DNA of 64,000 bases from a virus (taxonomy: Duplodnaviria > Caudoviricetes). Numbering within the stretch: position 1 is the stretch's first letter; the number at the start of each line of letters is the position of its first letter. Shown in pieces: positions 56,015 to 64,000 of this stretch. The position numbers and the translations under genes are program-made. The stretch spans positions 38,437 through 102,436 of the IMG/VR virus record IMGVR_UViG_3300035497_000313; one strand, 5' to 3'. Under the pieces are notes generated by a model. It did no database searches. It saw only the letters and a program-made list of their open reading frames with translations, and was not told the DNA's origin.

Positions 56015-56638
56015 TCACAAATAAGCAGCTTGCATATCGGCTATATGAGCGTACATACAAAATGGACTATCACTAAATACTGCGCTTACATCGGGGTCAA
56101 ATGCGTTTGCAAATTCACCAAAACCACCCATATGGTATCTTATTGCTTGTGATTCTAAGTCTGTCAAATAAATATATTTAAACGTCAAATACATAGATTT
56201 AACACCGTGACCCATTCTAAATTGTTCTTCGTTATAAGTATAATAAGATACTTTTTGCCAACTTCCGTCTGGTTGTTTAACATTCTTTGTATCTACTCTA
56301 TATAAGTCGCATTTACAAATATCGTGGAATAAAGAAACAATAACAACAGATTCTGCAACTTCTACATTTCCGTTTAAATATTTAGTTTTTAAAAACTTCA
56401 AATATCCGTCCGTGTCTAAAAATTCTTTACACCCATAATAATGTGCCATACTTTCAGCAAAATAAGTTAAAAAATTTAATGAATGTTGCAATAATCCACC
56501 TTCCACGGAATCGTGATATTTTGTAGAAGCTGGTTGTTTAAAATATCCATTACACTTACACCAATTAACTAAAGTATCTATTCCCTCTCTGTGTATGTAA
56601 GTTTTTACATAATAATTAAATTTTTCTTCGTTAGTCAT
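56015..56638 (-). CDS. HD-domain phosphohydrolase
   Basis: PASTKYH, GGLLQHS, HDICK, IRYHMG, HIAD. Confidence 0.85.
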   Translation of the reverse strand: MTNEEKFNYYVKTYIHREGIDTLVNWCKCNGYFKQPASTKYHDSVEGGLLQHSLNFLTYFAESMAHYYGCKEFLDTDGYLKFLKTKYLNGNVEVAESVVIVSLFHDICKCDLYRVDTKNVKQPDGSWQKVSYYTYNEEQFRMGHGVKSMYLTFKYIYLTDLESQAIRYHMGGFGEFANAFDPDVSAVFSDSPFCMYAHIADMQAAYL

Positions 56639-57019
56639 TTTAATACTCCTTAATTTCTATAAAATCTTTATCGGCTAACCAACCTATCCACTGAACACCG
56701 ACTCTTGTTGAACCATATATATAAGTATAATTAGGTACTTTATATTGTATAGTACCATACAAAGTTGTATCTGGAGCTGGTATTCCTTTATTATAGACAT
56801 TATTAAAATTACTTGTTTGTGTACATACTTTGGATATAGTAAATTTATAATTTTTTGAAAAATCTAAATTATCAATTTGAATTACTTTTTTACCAATATC
56901 TAGCAGAACACTATCAAATTCTTTTTCTTCTAATTGTGGTACAGTTATTTCTTCACCGTTTAAAAATATTATAAAATCTTTTCTTTTCTCTAACTGTTTT
57001 TTAATAAGTTCATTAATAA

Positions 57020-58078
57020 TCACTCTTTACAACCTGCGTAAACCTTATCGAATAATTCTTGAAATGCCGATGGGTTATCTTTAAACCACTTTAACATTGA
57101 TGGCTTACCTTGCCATTTAATTACATTTCCTTCGGAATCTGTTTTTACTTCACCTGTTTTTATATCTGTATAATCAAACCAAGCTCCTCTTTGATTAAGT
57201 AAACCCATTACTAAAGCAGAGTCAATTGTATCTCCTAAATAGTCTATACCACTTCTATAAATAAGTTTGTATTGTGCCAATCTTCTATCGGGTTTACAAA
57301 ATTTATTTTTCTTAATCTCAACCATTACAAGATTGCCTTGTGGATTAGCAATGCCTTGTGTTTCGGATTCTACATAAACACCTTCGTTTACTTCTTTTAA
57401 AAACTTTCCTTTTGTAAACATCATTCTTAAACTACAATTGTGTTTAAGTGCTTTACCACCAGGGGTTGAAATGTTATTGTACATACTTGCTAAATCTTCT
57501 CTAACTTGATTTATCAATATTCCTGTACAATTATTTTTCTTTAGTTTCGGTACAATTAAATTTGTAAAATTAGTTATAACTTGAGCATTTCCACCATAAA
57601 TTTTCTTTTCAATTCCCTCATCAATGAGTTGCTCTGACGGCATAGCAGCAATTGAATCAAGTACAAATAAACCGATTTCATCGGTATCAACTAAATCTGA
57701 TATATACTGTAATATAGCACCAGCACCTATGCCCTCTGGAGCTACGTGTATAATCTTAGTTGTATCAACACCCAATGTAGTTGCCCAATAGGAATCGAAC
57801 GTACACTCAATATCCATATATAAAACTTTTTTAGCATTTGACATTTTTTGATAATTAGCGATTACGTCTAATGCTGTTGTACTCTTACCACCGCTTTCAG
57901 GTCCATAAAACTCTGTTAGTCTATACATCGGCAATCCACCATAAGTTGCATAGTTTAAATTTGGTGAACTAAAAGGAATACGTTCTATATATTTAGGTTC
58001 TACACCCAATACAGCTACGTTATCCTCGCATTTTTTATTAATATCTTTAATTATTTGTTCTAATGTTTTAGTTCCCAT
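57020..58078 (-). CDS. recA: RecA recombinase
   Basis: GPESGGKST, LDSIA, INQVRE, TPGGKALK. Confidence 0.92.
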   Translation of the reverse strand: MGTKTLEQIIKDINKKCEDNVAVLGVEPKYIERIPFSSPNLNYATYGGLPMYRLTEFYGPESGGKSTTALDVIANYQKMSNAKKVLYMDIECTFDSYWATTLGVDTTKIIHVAPEGIGAGAILQYISDLVDTDEIGLFVLDSIAAMPSEQLIDEGIEKKIYGGNAQVITNFTNLIVPKLKKNNCTGILINQVREDLASMYNNISTPGGKALKHNCSLRMMFTKGKFLKEVNEGVYVESETQGIANPQGNLVMVEIKKNKFCKPDRRLAQYKLIYRSGIDYLGDTIDSALVMGLLNQRGAWFDYTDIKTGEVKTDSEGNVIKWQGKPSMLKWFKDNPSAFQELFDKVYAGCKE

Positions 58079-58658
58079 TATTCGTCACTCCTAAAATTAT
58101 TAGGTATGTCTACACCTGATTTCATTGTGCTCAATGCTAATTCTTGCATACGTCTACTTATTACTTTCTTTACACTTGCAAGCATTTCCATAGCATAATC
58201 AAGTCTTGCCTTTATCTTTTTATACGCTCTTGCATAAATTATATTAACGATTGTTTCTTGCTGTGTTTTTAATTCAGCACTTGAATCTTTATCTTTTATA
58301 GTACCTATACTTTCCATAAATACTTTGTTGTATAATTCTTGTTTAACAGCTTTAGAAACATCTTCTTTAATACCCAATGCTTCTTGCCCCTGTCCTACAA
58401 AATACATAAGATTAGGAAGTTTTAAGCACATATCGTCAAGTTCCGTATCTAACAAATCATTTGTAGAATTTAATTTTGTACTTATGTATTGCATATAAGT
58501 ATCTAAACATCGTGAATATTCTTTAACAACCTTTTCAGTTATGTTATCAATATAACCTCCATTTTCTTCAACTTTAGAAATTATGCTGTCAACTTCCAAT
58601 TCATCTATTTGTGATGACGATAAATTATTTGCCATTGTTCTAACTCCTTACACTAATA

Positions 58659-59141
58659 TTATATGCCGAAAACATTAAAAAATGATTGAAAATCTATAAC
58701 TGGATATGTTCTCGGCTTAGTAAAATCTAAATCTATTATTTTGTCATTTTCTAATTCACTATGTAATGAATAATAATTACTTTTTATGTTCTTTTCTTTT
58801 AAGTCTTTGATTAATTCTATCGGAAACCATCTTATTTTATTTAATTCAACAAACCAAACAATTACACCTGTTATAACTCCGTTTAATCCGATTTTATCTT
58901 TAAGCTTATCATACTGTCTTAATGTAGATATATTATAAGTTTCGTGTACTGTTGCTTTACATTCAATATAAAATAAATTTGGTTTTTTATACATTACAAA
59001 ATCACAAGTATTTGTTGAACCCTTCATTCCAGACATTTGGTCTGGTAGTCTTTCAACAATTGTATTTTCAATTTTTTGTAAGTCCCTTCTTACAATAGAT
59101 TCAAATTTTTTTCCGTATTCAACCATTTTATAACTCCACAA
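58659..59141 (-). CDS. recU: RecU-like Holliday junction resolvase
   Basis: GKKFE, CDF, IECKAT. Confidence 0.65.
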   Translation of the reverse strand: MWSYKMVEYGKKFESIVRRDLQKIENTIVERLPDQMSGMKGSTNTCDFVMYKKPNLFYIECKATVHETYNISTLRQYDKLKDKIGLNGVITGVIVWFVELNKIRWFPIELIKDLKEKNIKSNYYSLHSELENDKIIDLDFTKPRTYPVIDFQSFFNVFGI

Positions 59142-59198
59142 AGCATTGATAAGCTCTACACACTTCTATGTAGAGCTTATTCTTTTTTTCTTTAATTG

Positions 59199-60344
59199 TT
59201 ATTCAACTATTTCGTCATCGTCAGCATCAAGATAAGGTACAAACTGAATAATTCCGTCACTTTCAATTGTAAGTCCTATATCGCTACCAAAACAAAGTTT
59301 AATAACATCGTCTACACATACAGCAATTTGTGTTCTAAGCGACTTAACATTTATGTACTGAATATTTGATTCAGTAATTGAACTTTCTGTACAAGCTACA
59401 GTTTCAACTAATTCAGCATTAGTATAACCATTAAAAATAATGTTATCTTTATTGAAAACTACTTTTGCACTGAACATATCACGTTCGTCAACAAACAATA
59501 AAAGTCTGTCTAAGCAACCGATAAGTTCCTTCTTATTAACCTTTAAGAAGTCCTTACTATTCGTTTGTGCAAGTTCTTTTAAAGGCTGTGCTGGGAATTT
59601 TTCGGCATCATTTAATAATGTTCCTATAATGTCAATATAACCATTAGAAAATCTAATTAACTTGTTATCAATCTGTACGTCTACGTCATCTGTACCGAAC
59701 ACGTCTAACAAATTAACTGTTTCCTTTCTAAGCATAAACGTATTGTCTGTAATATGTACATTGTTATTTACACACGCTTGAACCTCATCGAATGTAATAA
59801 CTCCGTCTTTATCAACATAATAATTACCATACAAAGGATTTAAAACATTATTTGGTGATATACAATTCTTATTATATGTGGTTATTGTTTTTAACTGACT
59901 ACCGCTAACTGTTACCCCGTGGTCACACAAGTGAAAATCAGGGTATTTAATCGCTATAGGGCGGCTACTATCCATATCACTATACACAGGAAACGGATAT
60001 TTACTATTACCAGACAAAACAAATAACTGCTTATTATCTTCAGATAATTCCAAAATTATCTTTAATGAAGTCAACTTTGAAATTAACTTTGCAAATACGT
60101 CACCATTTACACAAGTAAAGAAATCATCACAATCTGATTCAGAAAATGCTTCTGCACAGTGAACACCCATTGTGTTCTTCATATCTGTCGTAGTTAAGAC
60201 AACGGTTTTAATATTGTGCTTTTCTATGTTTAAAACCTCAATATTTAAACACATTGTAGATATAAATTGTTGCTCAAAACTTGAACAACGAACTGCCTTA
60301 GCTACTGCTTCTTGAAAACTTTTTGTATTTAATACTACTTTCAT
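59199..60344 (-). CDS. dnaN: beta sliding clamp-like protein
   Basis: 381 aa; LTTTD, LIGCLDR; near the polymerase and clamp loader genes. Confidence 0.6.
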   Translation of the reverse strand: MKVVLNTKSFQEAVAKAVRCSSFEQQFISTMCLNIEVLNIEKHNIKTVVLTTTDMKNTMGVHCAEAFSESDCDDFFTCVNGDVFAKLISKLTSLKIILELSEDNKQLFVLSGNSKYPFPVYSDMDSSRPIAIKYPDFHLCDHGVTVSGSQLKTITTYNKNCISPNNVLNPLYGNYYVDKDGVITFDEVQACVNNNVHITDNTFMLRKETVNLLDVFGTDDVDVQIDNKLIRFSNGYIDIIGTLLNDAEKFPAQPLKELAQTNSKDFLKVNKKELIGCLDRLLLFVDERDMFSAKVVFNKDNIIFNGYTNAELVETVACTESSITESNIQYINVKSLRTQIAVCVDDVIKLCFGSDIGLTIESDGIIQFVPYLDADDDEIVE

Positions 60345-60569
60345 TTATTTCTCCTAATTTTTTTATAACAACGACAACAATTGGTCTCCGTCCGCAAAAA
60401 ATCTACCCAGTCTATCAAATGTTTTATTACTTGCATAAATATATTTTCCACAAAACTTTCCTAATTTGTCGTAGAGTGTTTTGTCGCCTTTTGCCGGTGA
60501 ATCAAAAACAACTCGTCCTTTAATAAAACCTTTATTATCTCTTAAATATTGGTCCATTAATTGCCTCCA

Positions 60570-63098
60570 TTACCAATTCCATCTTACAGATACTTCTGGG
60601 TCACATTTCATTGGTACATTTACTTCATTGTGAGTTGAGTTTATCATTAACTCACAAAGTCTTGTTTTTACTTTATCTGCGTTTTCTATAGGACATTCAC
60701 CTATAATTTCATCGTGTACAACAATCTGCATATGATAATCTAAATCGTTTAAAATTTTATCATTATATATGTCTATCATTGCCATTTTCGACAAATCTGC
60801 TGCCGAACCCTGTATGCGGCTATTAACGCACTGTCTTTGTGCTTGCGCTATTTTTGAACCGTTATCTTGTATCTGTATGCCTTGAGCTAATGCTTCTTGT
60901 TTAACTTTTAAAACCTCTTTACGTCCTTTACACTTAAAAAGTTTCTTTTTAAAATATTCTACAAGTTCATTTGATTCATCTTCGACTTGTATATCGTCAA
61001 AAAATGGATTAAAGTTTTTACTCTTAGCAACAGTAGTTTCAAATGTATATCTTGGTAGCATCATATCTCTTACGTGACGTCTTCTACCCCATACAGTAGT
61101 TACATAGCCTAATTTTCTTGCCATATCGTCCGTTTCTACAGACCACTTTTTTACTGTCGGAAACGCATTATAAAAACTGTCAATTACATCTTGAGCTTCT
61201 TCTACTGAACATTTCATTTGTTCAGAAATACTGTTAGCACCTCTTCCATAGAGGATTCCCAGCAAAACCGCTTTGGTGTTCTTTCTACGCTTTTTTCCAT
61301 CAGCGTTAGTCGTGCCATCTGGATTATGTTCCAAACAATTTTCGTATGTTGTATGGTACAATTTAGCAGCTACAGTTGAATATAAATCTTTACTTTCTTT
61401 ATATGAATTTATCATATGTTCATCGTTGCTAAAATGTGCCAAAAGTCTTGGTTCTTGTTGCTATTATTGTTATAAGGCTCGCTACACCTTTCTTCAATTA
61501 CTTGAAGTGTCGGACTAACTCTTGTCTTTCGACCTCTCTGTTTCGACTTCGCTTGAAATCTACTCTACTCGGTTACTTAGATTTCTCTTACCCTTTCGAT
61601 AGTCTCTACGGACTAATTTATTATCTATAATAAATTTTGCCACGGGATTGTCCTCTTGGAGTTCCCCGTTTAAGAGAGTTTTACTTCAGCCAACTTTTCT
61701 TAAACTGAAGTCACCACCTACAAATGTGTAACCTGGTGAAGCTATAAACATTTCTCGTATTTCTTTTGGGTCAATTTTTGAACCATCTTTTTTCTTAGCT
61801 GGGATATTTTGCAGATTGGGCGAATTACTACTAAAACGACCTGTATCAGCACCATATTGATTAAACGATGCGTGTAATCTACCTGTTTTTTCTTTAACTT
61901 GTAATGGTATTGCATCTACATAAGTACTTAATAGCTTTAAATATTCTCTATATTCCAGTATACATTTACATACGGGATTATCTATTTTTGATAAAATTTC
62001 TTCTCCTGTTCCTCTTGGATTCCTTTCATCTGGTGGTTGTATTTTTAATATATCATAAAACAAAATTGCCAACTGAGTCGGACTTGTTATTGATATTGGG
62101 TCTGATAATTTATGTTTTGGATTTGCAAGTTTATAAGATTCTATAAGATTATCATATTTACGCATTTCGTCATAAACTTGTTTTTCCGCTTCTTGCGCTA
62201 ATTCGTGATATTTAACTGAAATCTGTTTTCCAAAATCTTTATCAATACAAACTCCATAATCTTCCATATCAGCTACACAAGGTAACACTTTCATCTCTAT
62301 GTTAAGCATTATGTTTTTAGGACCGCTGTTCTCTGGTAGATTAAACCAATCTAATTGATATTCATATAACTTATATGTTTTATAAGAATCCATAGCACCG
62401 TAGGTATACATCAAATCAATTGGAATTATTTTATTTTCCAAACCACCAAACAGCTTATCGAAATCGTATTCTTTTTTATCTTTATTTTCAAATACTTTTC
62501 CGTATTGATATTTCAAAGCTGCCGATTCCTTTTCGTCCATAAGTTTAGAACCTAACATCGTATCCCAATAACATTTAAGTTTAACACCACAAGTATTTTT
62601 AATCACTCTAGTATCAAACTTAGCATTGTGCATTATAAGTGCTGTATTACTTAATTTTTCTAAATACGGTTTTACATCTCGCTCTGTAGGTTGATTTTGT
62701 AATCTTTGGTATGTTACATAACTACAATGATTTATTGGAACATAAATTGCTTTTTGTCCTGGTGTATACAATGAAAAACCAAGTAGTTTACAAGTTATCG
62801 GGTCTAATGCCCCGTCTTTATCTTCATTTGTACCAAATGTTTCTGTATCTATCACACAAATACCATTTTTTATACAAATGTCTATATATGAATTTAATTC
62901 GTCTAAACTTGTTACTAATTGAACTAAATCTTCGTAATGTCCTAAATGTTTACTTACTTCTGCTTTTACAATTGCTATTTTATCAATAATGCTGCCACTT
63001 ACTTTTTTATCGGTTTGAGTTGGCTTTTTTGTTTTAGCTAAAAGTGACGTATCATCATCTTTTGAACCTATTCCTGGAATTGCAACTTTCAAACGCAT
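60570..63098 (-). CDS. polA: family A DNA polymerase, spliced: exon1 63098-61704 + exon2 61460-60570 (761 aa)
   Basis: Exonuclease motifs DTET, HNAKFD, YGAMD; TGRFSS; motif A restored as DFS/QQEPR; KAVLLGILYG; VHDE. Confidence 0.93.
61461..61703 (-). ncRNA. ORF-less group I intron (243 nt)
   Basis: Exon ends CUUCAGU pairing with GCUGAAG (U.G); terminal G; P7 GACUA/UAGUC; splicing restores motif A. Confidence 0.92.
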
Positions 63099-63110
63099 AG
63101 CTTACCCCAA

Positions 63111-63968
63111 TTAGAACGGGTCACCATCAATTTCCGTATTACCTACATTATTACTTCTACGTCTACCTGTCGGAAAATTATTATTATTTTGTCCAGGTAT
63201 CGGTCCAGTTGGGGGTGTTTGCTGATTATAACCGTACTGTTGCACATTCTGTTGAGGATAGCTATTAGGTACTTGATTATAATTATTTGTTTGTGGATAA
63301 CTCTGTTGATAACCTTGTTGATAATTATTCTGTCCGTATTGTGTATTTCTACTCTGTTTATTCTCTACATCGGGAAATTTACTATTCTGTAAGAAATAAT
63401 TAATTTCGTCTACTGTTTTATTCATTACTATTGTACCCAATGCTTCAGGTATTTCAATACTTTCAAAATCTACTGGTGGAATACTTGCAACTACATTTCT
63501 ATCCACTATTGGCAAGAAATTATATTTTGTTTGCATATTTCCCTTTTGACCATTACGAACAATAGTGAACGGATAATTTGAAAGTGGACTATATGTAGAT
63601 ACCATTGTTGAAATATCCGACTTAAAATTACTACCTCTTTCCCATAACTTAACTGTTCCTACATATCTTCCGTCAGATGTCTGTTCATATACCATAAGAG
63701 GAACATAATACTTAATTGTAACCTTTTGATTCATCCTACAAAGAGGACAAGCATCAACTGGTTCATTATATGACCTACAACAAGAGATTTTTCTGTATTT
63801 ATCTCCTACTTTAAGGTCATGTATTGCTAAAATCTCTAAATCTGCAATACTGTTTACTAAAAATCTAACGATAGCTTTATCCCCATCGTTTGTAAGTGAA
63901 AAGAACTGTGTTCCACTTCCACCTTGGTTTTGATAGTTATCAACTTCATTAAAATCGACTCTACCCAT
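63111..63968 (-). CDS. gp32-like single-stranded DNA-binding protein
   Basis: FFSL..DGD, H...C...CPLC Zn site, Q/N-rich linker, acidic DGDPF tail. Confidence 0.75.
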   Translation of the reverse strand: MGRVDFNEVDNYQNQGGSGTQFFSLTNDGDKAIVRFLVNSIADLEILAIHDLKVGDKYRKISCCRSYNEPVDACPLCRMNQKVTIKYYVPLMVYEQTSDGRYVGTVKLWERGSNFKSDISTMVSTYSPLSNYPFTIVRNGQKGNMQTKYNFLPIVDRNVVASIPPVDFESIEIPEALGTIVMNKTVDEINYFLQNSKFPDVENKQSRNTQYGQNNYQQGYQQSYPQTNNYNQVPNSYPQQNVQQYGYNQQTPPTGPIPGQNNNNFPTGRRRSNNVGNTEIDGDPF

Positions 63969-64000
63969 GCTTTTTAAATCTCCTTATTTGTGTTTTTTAT

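Noticed and set aside
568-63392. + strand ORFs in the ORF track
   Set aside because: Nearly all lie antisense to better-supported minus-strand genes or RNAs and have Phe/Leu/Ile-rich shadow composition
1-64000. Stop-codon reassignment
   Set aside because: Genes pack densely under the standard code; breaks are explained by introns, G tracts or an insertion; no suppressor tRNA

Overview
A 64-kb segment of a large, very AT-rich tailed phage, probably infecting a Bacillota/Clostridia host (GGAGG Shine-Dalgarno sites, sigmaA-type TG-extended promoters). Essentially all real genes are on the minus strand, and the + strand ORFs look like shadows. In transcription order (right to left): a replication/recombination block (gp32-like SSB, family A polymerase split by an ORF-less group I intron, beta clamp, RecU, RecA, a DnaX/delta'/delta clamp loader, SbcD/SbcC). 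Next come a terminase large subunit N-half carrying a mini-intein and ending in a split N-intein, two adjacent DNA methyltransferases that are both frameshifted at poly-G tracts, and a tRNA cluster that includes a tmRNA-like 'tRNA-domain-only' RNA. About 22 kb of small accessory genes, tail-fibre genes, an agr-like cassette and a Gly/Cys-rich cassette with a second group I intron follow. The top finding is at 11.4-12.7 kb: a stand-alone Cas7/RAMP-like gene followed directly by a ~680-nt non-coding array of G-initiated pentamers (mostly GYNNN). A hexamer punctuates the array about every 31 nt and a terminator closes it, making it a candidate non-CRISPR RNA-guided system. All protein calls come from motif recognition by eye; no database searches were run.
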